From contig NC_086118.1 in NCBI RefSeq assembly GCF_963921235.1, positions 23,624,001-23,688,000 on the forward strand: a DNA stretch of 64,000 bases, read 5' to 3'. Numbering within the stretch: the first letter of the stretch is position 1; each line of letters begins with the position of its first letter. Below, one piece after another: positions 1 through 11,580 of this stretch. The position numbers were made by a program, and so were the translations under genes. Source of the stretch: Mobula hypostoma. Lineage: Eukaryota. The notes under the pieces were generated by a model. It was not told the DNA's origin. It made no database searches and saw only the letters and a program-made list of their open reading frames with translations.

Positions 1-966
1 TTCAGGGGACCCCAACCCCTCTGCCAGCATCTCGTCCTCTGGCAAAGTCACTGGTGGACATGTTTCCATAGTAGTCTGTCTCACAAATGGAAACTCCATG
101 GAACTGTCTGCCTCTGAGCCGGTATCATGACGCAGGCGCACATGGTCCTGATGCCTGCGGAAAACACGCCCATCAGTCAGCTTAACAACATAGGAGACGG
201 AACCACCCTGCTGAAGAATAACCCCAGGCAGCCATTGCTGATTGTTTCTCACATAGACATTGTCATCCGGCTTTAACTGTCTCTCTCGCGCATGTTGATT
301 ATGTCCCTCCTTCTGCTTTTCCTGCTTTCTCTCCACTTTTGTCTTCATGTCCGGGCGCAGCAGGTCCAATCTTGATTTGGGCCTACGTCCCATCAGCATC
401 TCTGCTGGAGTGCGGGCAGTCGTAGTCTGTGGCATGAGGCGGTATTTAAACTGGAAACGTGAAAGCCGAACTCTAAGAGAGTTCCCTGTCATCCGCTTCA
501 GGCCGTCCTTCACTGTCTGTACAGCCCGCTCAGCCAAACCATTTGAGGCTGGGTGGAAAGGGGCTGTCTGAATGTGATGAATGCCATTCTGCTGCATGAA
601 CTCACTGAACAGCTCACTGGTGAACATCGGGCCACTATCTGTGACCAGAGCATCAGGCAACCCGTGGACTGCAAACACTTGCCTGAGTTTGTCTATGGTT
701 GAGGGGGCTGTGATGTTGCTCATAATGTAAGCTTCGATCCATTTAGATTGCGCATCTACCATTACAAGAAACATCTGCCCCATAAAAGGGCCAGCAAAGT
801 CCAAATGTAGCCTAGACCAAGGGTGGTCTGGCCACTCCCATGGGTGCAAAGGAGCTGGTGGTGGCATATTGTGATTAGTCTGACTTTGCGTGCATGATTT
901 TACCTTGTTCTCCAGATCCTGATCCATTCTTGGTCTCCAAACATAGGATCTTGCAAGGCTTTTCAT
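1..966 (-). CDS. pol: Gypsy integrase region of pol, open to the window edge (not in the ORF track)
   Basis: Manual translation: MKSLARSYVW..WSRLHLDFAGPF..LVTDSGPMF..PFHPASNGLAERAVQTVK..RRHQDHV; D-D-E residues present. Confidence 0.85.
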   Translation of the reverse strand, partial: MKSLARSYVWRPRMDQDLENKVKSCTQSQTNHNMPPPAPLHPWEWPDHPWSRLHLDFAGPFMGQMFLVMVDAQSKWIEAYIMSNITAPSTIDKLRQVFAVHGLPDALVTDSGPMFTSELFSEFMQQNGIHHIQTAPFHPASNGLAERAVQTVKDGLKRMTGNSLRVRLSRFQFKYRLMPQTTTARTPAEMLMGRRPKSRLDLLRPDMKTKVERKQEKQKEGHNQHARERQLKPDDNVYVRNNQQWLPGVILQQGGSVSYVVKLTDGRVFRRHQDHVRLRHDTGSEADSSMEFPFVRQTTMETCPPVTLPEDEMLAEGLGSPE

Positions 967-3034
967 TCGAGACACCCCGGGTGAGCCTCATGAATTTCCT
1001 CCACAATCTGGGAACGGCCAGGGGGAGGCACGATGACCCTCATCCCCCAGAAAATGCAGCCATCTTGCAGACTGAGTTCTGTCTTGCTTTTGGCATAAGG
1101 CCTCAGTTCCTCTCCTTCCATGACTCTGGACCAACCTTGTAAAAGAAGGGTCTTGACATGGGACAGGACTGGGTCCCTCTCTGTCCACTGCTTGATCTGG
1201 ATCACCTTTACAGGTGTCTCTGACAACCTCTGCAATGTAAACACAGTCTCTGGAGGCACATGTGTAGCAACAGGTGTCTCAGGTAATGGTAGCCGACTCA
1301 GTGCATCGACGTTTGCATCATCCCCACTCGCTCTGTACACTATAGTGTACTGGTAAGCTGACAATGTAAGAGGCCAACGCTGTATCCTGGCTGAGGCCAG
1401 CGGTGGGATGCATCTAGTCTCACTGAACAGGCTCATCAGTGGTTTATGGTCCGTATAAGTTGCAAATACGCATCCATAAAGGTACTGATGAAAGCATTTG
1501 ACCGCAAAAACATTGGCCGGACCTTCTTTGTCCAGCTGTGAATATCCCTTCACAGCAGCTGTCAGGGTATGTGAAGCAAAACCAATAGTCCTCTCTGAGT
1601 GGTCCTCCGTTACATGTGAGAGAACTGCCCTGACTCCATAGGGCGAGGCATCGCATGTCAGGGTGATCTCCTTGTCTGGGTCACAGTGAACAAACAGCTT
1701 CGCTGAGTGAGGAGTTCTTTCACTTCCTTGAAAGCTTTCTCCTGCTCTTCAACCCACTGCCACTTAGTGTCATTGTGAAGTAGCTTATACAGTGGGGTCA
1801 AAACCCTTGAGAGGTCAGGAAGAAACGTGCCATAATAATTCACCATGCCCAAAAATGATCTGAGTTCCGTGACGGTCTTAGGGCTTGGTGCCTCCTTAAT
1901 AGCTCCCACTTTGTCCTCCACAGGGCAAAGCCCTTCAGCTATGATTTTGTGTCCCAGGTAAGTCACACTCGATGTCAGGAACACACATTTTCCGCGCTTC
2001 AACCACAGCCCTGTGTTTGAGAGCCTCTTCAGTACCCGTTCTAAATTAGCCAGACGCTCCACCTCCGTAGCCCCCGTGATCAAAATGTCATCAAGGTACA
2101 CTGCTATGTGCAGAATCCCCTGCGGCAAAGTGTCCATTGTCCTTTGGAAAAATGGCAGGGCTGGACGCCACTCCAAACACCAGGCGATTGTACTTGAATA
2201 ATCCTTTGTGCGTGTTAATTATGACATACTCCTTTGTATCCTCATCGAGCAGCAGCTTTTGGTGGGTGTGGCTCATGTCCAGCTTTGTGAACAGCTTACC
2301 CCCGACAGGATCGTAAACAGGTCATCCACCCGTGGCGATGGGTACTCCTGCAGCCGAGAGACCTGATTCACCGTAAGCTTATAATCCCCAGGTATCCTCA
2401 CCGATTTGTCTGCCTTCAAAACTGGAACAATGGGAGCCGCCCACCTTGAAAACTGGACGGGCTCAATAATGCCCAGCCTCTGTAAGTGTTCCAGCTCCTC
2501 CTCAACTTTGCCTTTCATGGCATAGGGCACCGACCTGGGCTTAAAAACACGTGGTGTAGCCTCAGGGTCGACATGGAGTTTCACTGTCACGCCCTTCAGT
2601 GTTCGTAGCTCGTCCCTGAAAACGTCACTGTACCGCTGCAGAATGTCATCTGTCGTGTGTGCATACTTAATTTCATGCCAGTTTAGCTGGATTTTGCGAA
2701 GCCAAACGTGACCCAAAAGACTGGGCTCCCTGCCCTCAGCTATCACTAGCCTGGCTTCAACCTTCTGACCCCCGGCTGAAATGTCCACATATAACATCCC
2801 TAAATGAGGTATGGGCTGCCCCGTATAGGTGCTGAGTTTGAGCTTTGATAGTCTAATGGGAGACAGGTTGGACCCCCATGTCCTCCCGTAGGTCTCCTCA
2901 CTAATGACTGATGCAGTAGGCCCTGAATCAATCTCAAACTTGATATCCTTTCCCCTGACAGTGTCTGTGGCATAATATGGTTCAGGTGGTTCCTCATCTG
3001 TTTCCACTCCAAACATGTTGTAGGCACACGCCAC
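963..3034 (-). pseudogene. pol: Gypsy pol protease/RT/RNase H, split by frameshifts
   Basis: ORFs 2273-3034 (FEIDSG, WAAPIVPVLK), 2091-2276, 1658-2176 (YLDDILI, SFLGMVNYY) and 963-1553 (TDHKPL, DALSRL). Confidence 0.92.
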
Positions 3035-3043
3035 CTGAGCCCG

Positions 3044-3791
3044 TTAAGCTTTCCCCTGCCCATGCTTAATTTTACCCTTTGAACTTCTGCACTTTTTAGC
3101 TAAATGTCCCTTCTTGCTACAAGCATGGCAGACAGTGTCTTTGAATTTGCAATCATTTGCATAGTGCATCCGTCCACACCGGAAACATTCCACCCGCTTT
3201 GCCTGTTTACCAGTCTCCCTCCTGACACGGTGCACTGCCGCCGACTGCGACCCCCCCATGTCCTTTCTGGATATTCTTGACATTATTAGCAGCCATCTCC
3301 ATGCCTTGGGCAATCTCTAAGGCTTTCTTGAAAGTCAACGGTGGGGTTTCCCCTAACAGGTGGCGTTGGATGCCGTCATTATTAATGCCGCATACCAATC
3401 GATCACGGAGCATGTCTTCCAACACTGCTCCGAAATCACAATGCTCCGACAGCTGCCGAATCTCGGCCACAAAATTGACCACAGACTGACCTGGCTTCCT
3501 GAAATGGCTGTGAAATGTACACCGTTGGACTATCACAGAAGGTTTCAGATTATAGTGGTTCCCCACGAGCTTGACCAGTTCGTCATATGGAATGTCCCCC
3601 AGTTTCCGCGGTGTGGCTAAATTCCTTATTAGCTTGTAAGTCTTTGCCCCACACACACTCAGGAGAATAGAGTGCTTCTTAGCCTCCTCAGTAATTCCAT
3701 TAGCACAGAAAAAGTGTCCCATCCTTTCCTCATACTCTGGCCAGTCCTCCGTTACCTCCACAAATTCAACGATAGTCCCAAATGTAGCCAT
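3044..3791 (-). pseudogene. gag: Gypsy gag, frameshifted
   Basis: LRDRLVCGI motif; zinc knuckles CFRCGRMHYANDC and CHACSKKGHLAKKC. Confidence 0.9.
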
Positions 3792-3863
3792 ATGAACGCG
3801 AGGCCCTTATCGGCGCTGATGCTCCCCTTTGAAATGCGCCGACACGTCCACAAAACCGGTTCA

Positions 3864-3874
3864 CCTCATTGCCA
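3864..3874 (-). promoter_or_regulatory. Primer binding site, tRNA-Ser(GCU)-like
   Basis: TGGCAATGAGG just inside the LTR end; a CpG-decayed form of TGGCGACGAGG. Confidence 0.7.
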
Positions 3875-3881
3875 AAAAATA

Positions 3882-4115
3882 TGTGGTAACTTCTGCTTTG
3901 AAAAAGGCACACTCGACAACTTCATGCCAGAAACAACTTTTATCTTGAACGTCAAAACCGATATGTATATACAGAGGCTTTCACAACCCATACGGCATGG
4001 CAGGAACACTATATACAGAAACACACCAGAAGTAAAAAGAATGGAAGGAAACCGCGCCCCCCCCCATTATCCTAATTAGTATTAACTTACTTTTAATAAT
4101 GCCCACATTACAACA
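3882..4115 (-). repeat. 5' LTR of the Mag-like Gypsy element
   Basis: Minus strand TGTTGTAA...TTACCACA, followed by the PBS. Confidence 0.8.
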
Positions 4116-4254
4116 GTATGTTTCATGCACTGGGCTCACTAGGCAGGACAGCAAAAAGGAAATGCGGACACAGGCTTCGGCCCAAAACATCATCAATTCT
4201 TCTCTCTCCACTGATGCTGCTTCGCCTGCTGAAATCCTCCAGCAGGGCGTTTGT

Positions 4255-4890
4255 TACAGGAGAACATGGCGTACTGGAGATACATGGCACCAAGAATGAT
4301 CATTTAAGAGTTGTTGAGACTTCCATGTAGATCACTTGATCTCAAGCGCAAAATATGTGAGATGGTCGTGAGCAAGATTGTGAATATGAATATGCTCCTG
4401 ACAAGAGCCCTATGATTATTGAAAAACCTTTGATCAAGAACATATCTGAAGAAAATGAAGAGCCGTGCCACTAACGGGTCAAGTGATGGATTCTGCTCCG
4501 ACTGCATTGGGTCCGCAAGGTCAGCAAACAGCTTTGAGAAAGTTACAAAGATCAAAGTAAATCTAAAACCCGGTTAATCTGCTCAATTTCTAAACCTGTA
4601 AATGTTAAGATAGTTTCATTCTTCTCTTTTAAAGGGGAAAAAGGTGCAGAACTGTATGGTCTATGTAAGTAAGAGTGGCATCACTGAGTAGTGATTCTGA
4701 TTGTGTGTGCATCGCTTTGCACGTGTGAAGTAGAAGAAGAACTGACTGCATCTGCAGAGTGTCTGTGATGCCTGAGCATTCATTATGCATGCTCTGTACA
4801 TATGCACAAAAGTGGATATGATATGCCCACCATCAATTACTATGCTTTTAATCATCTGAAGTCAAACAAATGAACACAAAATACTGTGTA
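4255..4890 (+). mobile_element. Old Gypsy 3' remnant (integrase tail, PPT, probable LTR)
   Basis: HVDHL-coding stretch near 4325; purine tract AAAGGGGAAAAAGG at 4631-4644 followed by TG. Confidence 0.4.
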
Positions 4891-5584
4891 TCATAAACGC
4901 GCTGGAAATACTCAGCAGGTTAGATTGTAACTGTACAGATGATGCCTGACCTATTGAGAGAATCCTCCAATGACAAGTTGTTTATATCAAATCTTAGCTC
5001 TCCACCAATGACCCTAGTCTGTTCCTAACAGTCTACAGCTGATTCTCCGTCATTGCTTAAATCACAATATAGCATAAATACAAACAAAATTCCACAAAAC
5101 AGCATCTGTTACCCATCAAATTTAGATTAATTTTGATTATATTTAAGTAAACTGTTTAAAGAAAGCTGAGTACTTATAGTCTCATGTTTAAAATCACAAT
5201 AAATTTTACCAAGTAACACAATGGGACCCTTCATTTTAGGATCCAAGAACATTCTGCAGGATGAATGGAAGTGTGGTATCAGCGGCCTAGTGGGAATACT
5301 GTGCTAAAAATTTGCAATTAATATCCGAAGAGCTCTGTGCTCAAAGCAGCCTGCAGTATAGGAAAAGAAGCAGAAGAGTCAGTCCACATGCAGTGAACAT
5401 GCTTAGGCTGAAATGATTTTGTGATTTTCTGTATATGAAATGCTGGTTTGAGGTGTAACATATACCGGTGTTAACGTTGGGAGCAGGCACTTAGGAAAGT
5501 CCATTTCCCTGATGAAACCCAATGAACTGTGCAGATCTCCATTGTTGTGTCTGGATTAAATGTTCTGTACGGCTCAGCGCAGTT

Positions 5585-6189
5585 CATTAGAACAGTACAG
5601 CACAGGAACAGACTGATTGGCCCACAATGTTGTGCCAAACCAATATGTTAGTAATCAAATGGCTCACTAAGCTAATTCCCTCTCCCTATATCCTTCCATT
5701 TCCCTCACATTTATGTGCCTTCCTAAATGTCTCTTGAAAGTCTCTAATGATTCTGCCTCTGCTACTACCCCAGGCAGTGCATTCCAGGCACCCTTCACTC
5801 TCTGTGTAAAAATCTTGACCCTCAGATCTCCTTTGAGATTACCCTCTCTCATCTTAAATGCATGCCCTCTGGTATTAAACATTTCAATGCTGGGAAAAAG
5901 ATTCTCTCTATCTATGCCTCTTATAATCTTATAAACCTCCACAGGGTGTCCTTTCAGTCTCCACGACTCCAGAGTAAACAATTCCTGTTTGTCCAGCCTC
6001 TCGCTATAGCACAAGCCCTCTAATCCAGGTAGCATTCCTGTTAATCCTCTTCTGCACCCGCTCCAAACCCTCAACATCCTTCCTATAACGGGGTAACCAG
6101 AACTGCATGCAATACTCCAAATGTGGACCAACTAGAGCTTTATAAAGCTGCACCATAACCTATTGTGTTTTGGATTCAATACCTTGACT
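5585..6189 (-). mobile_element. CR1 LINE 3' fragment (continues at 11104-11173 and ~11661-11740)
   Basis: ORF 5667-6131 matches the ORF2 C-terminus (RGHAFK, FTQRVKGAWNALP) and resembles the CR1 at 51 kb. Confidence 0.9.
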
Positions 6190-6751
6190 CCTTCTTGCAA
6201 ACACTCGAATTGAGTGAAGTGTTCTCCTAAGGGGTGGTCTATTGGTGGATTCTCAGGTGGCGGTAGGGGCCAGTCCAGGATCGACACATTCTGGTCCAGT
6301 GTGGCTGTGATTAGTGTTTGGGTTTTTTAGTTTTTCCTTCTCTCTTTTTGCAGCCGTCACTGCAGCACAGCGGAGATTGCTCTCATGTAGCGCATCTCCC
6401 TCTTGAACAGCCTTCCTCCAGGTGTTTCTATTGAGTGCAACGTCTTCCCAGTTTTTAGATGCAATGTTGAATTTCCTCAGGCTGATTTTGATGACGTCTT
6501 GAAGTGTTTCCTTTGTCCACCAGGGGCTCGCTGACCTTCCTTCAACTGGAATTAATGGATCTCTTTGGGGAGATGTAAATGATGAGACCTATCCATTGCA
6601 GTCGCCTTATCATGGTAATACTGTTCATGTAGGCCTCCTCCAGTACGCCGGTGTTAGTGCGTTTGTCCCTTCCAGCGGACCCTCAAAAGCCTTCATAAGG
6701 TTCTTTGGTGGTGTTACTCCAGGGCTTTTAGTTGTCTACTCTAGGTGGTCC

Positions 6752-6965
6752 GGTAGGTTTTCACCAATAAAACGACGGAGACATTTTACATTTCAGAAAA
6801 CCGTAGCGACTCACTTATTGAACACAGAAAACGGTACCCGATGCAGGCTAAAAACATTTTACATAATTACATCATCACGTCAGACCAGCCTCTTAAAGTG
6901 AAACCCTCAACTCAATGCAGGTGATTGTGAATTATATAGATTTCTCCTAGTTACGCTACTCTACA
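6752..6965 (-). repeat. 3' LTR of the CsRn1-like element
   Basis: Similar to 10639-10937; PPT GGGGGGGCCT adjacent at ~6967-6976. Confidence 0.85.
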
Positions 6966-9900
6966 CAGGCCCCCCCAGAATTAATTAAAACCAGCATTGT
7001 AAGCCTGCCTGGAGCTCGGATGAGCTGCCCTGGCTCGAGTCCTGTGTTTTATGAGTGGAGGAACAGCAGGTGCCCCTGGCTTGTCCAGAGGTGTGTAGAC
7101 GCTTTCATCATCATGTCATGATGGCAGGGGCATGGTAGCGGAATCCTTCAAATCTTAGTGGGCTGGTTTAAGACGATCAACTGAAATATATTCAGGGTTA
7201 CCCCTCTTACCCATGATAACAGTCTTCTCCCCGTTCCAAGATGCGGAATGGACCATCATAAGGGGGCCAAAGGGGATGTTGGTGTGCATCATGGCAGACG
7301 AAAACAAACGAGGCAAAAAGTAGGTCAACAGGAACCCAAGAGTTCTGTATACCGTGATCGGAGGTGAGAGTATCTGAAAAGGAATTCCGTTTACTGAGGA
7401 TGGTGGAACGTAGTTTAAAGGCCGACCAGGTGGTCGTGGCCTCGTGAATGAAATTACTTGGCACTCATAATGGCTGTCCATATACCAACTCAGCCACAGA
7501 CGACTGAAAGTCCTCTTTTGGAGTTGTTCTGAGCCCCAGTAGGACCCACAGGAGATGATCATGCCAACACTCATCGGTCAGAACAGCCTTTAAGGAACAA
7601 TGAAACCACTCACATAGACCGTTGGACTGCGGGCGATATGCCATGGTGTGATGCGGCCTAACACCGAGGTTTTGGGCCATTGCAGCCCAGGGGTCTGATA
7701 TGAGCTGGGGACAACAGTCAGAGGAAGTATTAAATGGGATGCCAAACTGAGCAGCCCAGGTGCTGACGAACGCCCGAGCCACATCTGCGGCCATTGTCAA
7801 TGCCAGAGAATCAACCTGGTGGTATGATACAGCATGGTAAGAAGATGCGTGAAACCGCTGGAGGGGGGAAGAGGACCAACAAGGTCCACATTGACATGGT
7901 TCAACCATCACTCAGGGACCTTAAAAGGTGCCAATGACACCTGAACATAACAGTTAATTTTTGCCCACTGGCACTCCACACAGGCTGCAGACCAATCACG
8001 CAAGTTCTTTCTGAGGCCGTGCCAAAGAAACTTTGATGCAATAAGTTTCTTTGAGTCCTTCCAGCCCAGACGCAAGAGGCCAGGTATGGAGTCAAAAAGA
8101 GTCCGCCTCTAGTTTGCGGACATGATGGGGCGAGACTGACCTGTTTAGACACAGTACAGGAGAGAAATCCCAGCTTCTCCAAACGTCATGTCAACCAACC
8201 ACAGGCCCGTGACTGCTGTTTGTTAGGCCTGGACCTCTGGGATTGGTCAGCTGTGATGCCGGCATAGTCAGCCCCTATCTGTATGGCTTCGATGGCTGGC
8301 CACATTATTTTTCCCTTGATATTTTGTATACCAGTTGTGAATTTGGATATGTAGGCCAGGTGGTGCTGCTGCCGTGTAGACCAAGGGTCTGATATTTTGG
8401 CCATATCATGTACAAGGGGTTTGTGGTCAACATACTCTGTGAAATAGCAATCTAGAAGAAAACAAAAATGATAGACAGCCAGATAGAAACCAAGAAGCTC
8501 ATGGTCAAACGTGCTGTACTTCCTTTTGGGGTGGGGGAGGTGTGGCTGCCACATACCTCCAACCAACTTATCCTGTACAGCACCCACAGCACAATCCGAG
8601 ACATCAGTTGTAATGGCTATGGGGGCATTGGGAACAGGTGCACCAGTAGGGTCGCATTAGAAAGAGGTCGCTTGGTATCATCAGATACCTTGGTCATGTC
8701 CACTGATCAATCAAGCACTTGATTAAGAGTATTGCCTTTAAGTGCACTAAATGTGGGTAGCATAACATCAGCAGCTCACAGAATAAAGAGGTGATAGAAA
8801 TTCACCATGCCTCGTAGCACACGGCAATGAGAAATCAATAATAGCGGCTACCTCAGATGGGAGGGATTCCGCTTCTTCTGCAGAGAAGTGATGGCCAAGA
8901 AAGTCAATGGTTGACAACCCAAACTTGCATTTGGCATGGTTAATAATCAATCTGTGTTGGCTTAAATGCTTGAAAAATGTGCGGAGATGGGATACGTGTT
9001 TGGATTTGGATGCACTGATGAAAAGTATGTCATCCAGATAAACAAAAAGAAAATCTAAGTCTTAATACAGAGTCCATCTGATGTTGGAAAGCCTGTGCTG
9101 CATTTTTCAGCCCAATTTGCATGCATAGAAATTCAAAGAGACCAAATGGGGTTATCACAGAAGTTCTGGGAAGGTCCTCTGAGCACACAGGCACCTGATG
9201 GTAGACCCTAACTAAATCAACTTTGGAAAATATTAACTTGCCATCTAAACCTGCTGAAAATTCTTGGAGGTGTGGGACCAAGTAACGAACGGGGGGTGGT
9301 GACCTCATAATGCATCAGTAATCACCACATGGGTGGCAACCACTATCAGACTTAGGACCACATGGAGCGATGAAGCCCACGGACTATTTGACCGGTGCAC
9401 AATGCCAAGTCTTTCCATGTTGGCTAACTCAGCCCTCGCGATTGCCAGCTTTTCTGGGTCCTGTCAACACACATTGGACTGGACTGGGGGCCAGTTGTGG
9501 AAAAGTGGTGCTTGATCCCATGTTTCGTGATTGTAGTGGAAAATGAGGGCTTCGTGAAGTTTGGGAATTCGCTCAACAGTCAAGTAAACTCATATGTGGT
9601 GGTGTATGCATTTGACAGGGTCGTTGTGGGGAACGACTCAAAGTCCTTGACATCCACACGACGGTAGCTTGTAAGATCGACCAACAGTCCTTAGGCACAC
9701 AGGAAATCTGCACTGAGCAGAGGAGTAACCACTTTAGCCACAGCAAAATCCCATGTGTAATGCTGCCCACTGAAGCAGAGCATCACCCATCCTGCCCTGT
9801 GGGCCTGGATCCTGCTGCCATTGTCAGCCTCCAGCGAAGTTTTATTGCTCTCTGTCTTCTCATCAATAAGCGATCCTGGCAGCACACTCACGAGCACCCT

Positions 9901-10628
9901 TGTCACACAGGAAGTGTCGCCCTTAAAGGGTGTCTGTAATGAACTCTAGACAATGCCGACAGCTGGAACCTACGGTGTTCAGAGACCTCTGATGTCCTGA
10001 GGCACCAAATAAGCTGCACTTCCAAGCATTCCTACAAAAGTAAGCGTGATAAAACCACACACCTGGCATCGTCTGTTTCACAGCAGTGGGCGTCCTTATG
10101 TAGGGGGCCTTGCTGACCAGGCCGATTGAGGTAGAGAAAGCAGGAGGTATGATGCATCGCTGCCCAGCTGAATATAGACCATCAGTCATTTTAGCAAGCT
10201 CCCTGTAGTTCTTCATGGGTGCATTAGCAAGGGCTACGTGAACCTGATCAGGCATTTGAATTCTTTAAAAATAAAACAAGGATGGTGATTTCCCAGAGGA
10301 GACAGCATCTGGTCCATTAGCTCTGAGGGCTTACCATCGCCAAAGCGACAGTTTGGCATGCTCAAACTCCGATTGTCCAAAAGTCTGTAAAAGGTGAGTT
10401 TCCGGCGATCAGTAGTTATCACATTCAGGCGGGTGTCCAAGCTGACTCACCACTCTCACAGCCTTGGAATTGCTGAGCAACACTAGCATGTAGCAAAATT
10501 TTGGGTCATCAGCGGAGATTTCCCGAAGTACAAACAAAATGACGGCATTTGCTCCCAAACCTCCAATAGTTTCTAAGTGACAGCATTGGCCAACATGTTC
10601 AATAACTCTGGATCGTCCTAGAGCATCT

Positions 10629-10637
10629 GGGTCACCA
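10629..10637 (-). promoter_or_regulatory. Primer binding site, tRNA-Trp-like
   Basis: TGGTGACCC next to the 5' LTR. Confidence 0.75.
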
Positions 10638-10638
10638 A

Positions 10639-10937
10639 AGTATGTTTATACCAATAAAACGGCGGGGACATTTTATGTTTCTGAAAAGCTGTAACAACTC
10701 AATTATTGAACACCAGAAACTGAACCCAAAACATGCTAAAAATCATTTGCGTAATTATGTCGGCCAATGTAGTCACTTTGAAACTGTTGGAGGTTTGGGA
10801 GCAAATGCCGTCACTTGGTTTATATAGTCTAAGGCTCAGTGCGCACTTCAAGAAATCTCCGCCTCTTAATGTGAACCCTTAACTCAATGTTGATGGTTGT
10901 GAATTAAGTACATTTCCACCAATTACATTACCCTACA
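10639..10937 (-). repeat. 5' LTR of the CsRn1-like element, with an inverted gag insert
   Basis: Similar to the 3' LTR except for 10757-10862; followed by TSD GTCC. Confidence 0.85.
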
Positions 10938-11270
10938 GTCCATGATTTGGTCCATACAGTAATGTAGGAAGGGCAACTGCTTTATAGATCAAACGTTTTT
11001 ATTGGACTGTAAGCCGCAGTCTTCAAGGACTCTTTTTCTTTATCTTGCATAGGCTCCACTAACGCTACTCCAGTATCAGTTGATCTCTGAGCTGCTGTCT
11101 GCATTGACTGATAAAGGCAAACATGCCATGTGCATTCTTAATCACCCTATCACTTGTGTCCCCACTAAAAGGGTTCAAAGGTACATTTATTATCAAACCA
11201 TGTATCCGTATACAACACTGAAATTTGCCTTCTACAGATAGCCATGAAACAACGAAAGAAAATAAAAGTC

Positions 11271-11580
11271 AAAACATGTAAAATGCTGGAGTAACTCAGC
11301 AGGCCAGCCAGCATCTATGGAACTGACTAAATATTCAACATTTTGCGCCGAGACTCGTCATCAGCCCTGGAAAAAAGGATGCGAAATCGATCTTACGTTA
11401 TTTTAGATTTCTTACTTCAGATTTTAACTTCTCATCTTTTTTCTGGTCCTGATGAAGGGTCTCAGCCCGAAATGTCAACTGTTTACTCTTTTCCATAGAT
11501 GCTGCCTGGCCTGCTGAGTTCCTCCAGCATTTTGTGGGTGTTGCTTGGATTTTCAGCATCAGCAGATTTTCTCGTCTCCA
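11271..11580. mobile_element. Penelope-like pLTR mini-hairpin (two inverted 3' ends)
   Basis: AAATGCTGGAGTAACTCAGCAGG... inverted with ...CCTGCTGAGTTCCTCCAGCATTTT; hammerhead-like motif in each arm. Confidence 0.8.
11445..11480 (+). ncRNA. Minimal hammerhead ribozyme motif, CpG-decayed
   Basis: GGTC-CTGATGA-AGGGTCTCAGCCC-GAAA-TGTC-AACT. Confidence 0.6.

Larger units (their letters stand above)
1..4115 (-). mobile_element. Ty3/Gypsy LTR retrotransposon (Mag-like), frameshifted; 3' end lies outside the window
   Basis: Minus-strand order LTR-PBS-gag (two CCHC knuckles)-protease (IDSG)-RT (YLDD)-RNase H-integrase. Confidence 0.95.
6752..10937 (-). mobile_element. Full-length decayed Gypsy element, CsRn1-like
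   Basis: Two related LTRs; TSD GTCC at 6748-6751 and 10938-10941; gag with CHCC-like remnant, RT (FSKVDLVRVYHQ), RNase H (DHKPL), integrase (QSNGLCE, PPYDGPF). Confidence 0.92.
6190..11103 (-). mobile_element. RTE-clade LINE 3' fragment (6190-6751 plus 10938-11103), interrupted by a Gypsy element
   Basis: Degenerate RTE C-terminal motifs by eye (QLKEGQRAPGGQRKHFKTSSK; KAVALPTLLYG); candidate TSD TTGACT at 6184-6189 and 11104-11109. Confidence 0.7.
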
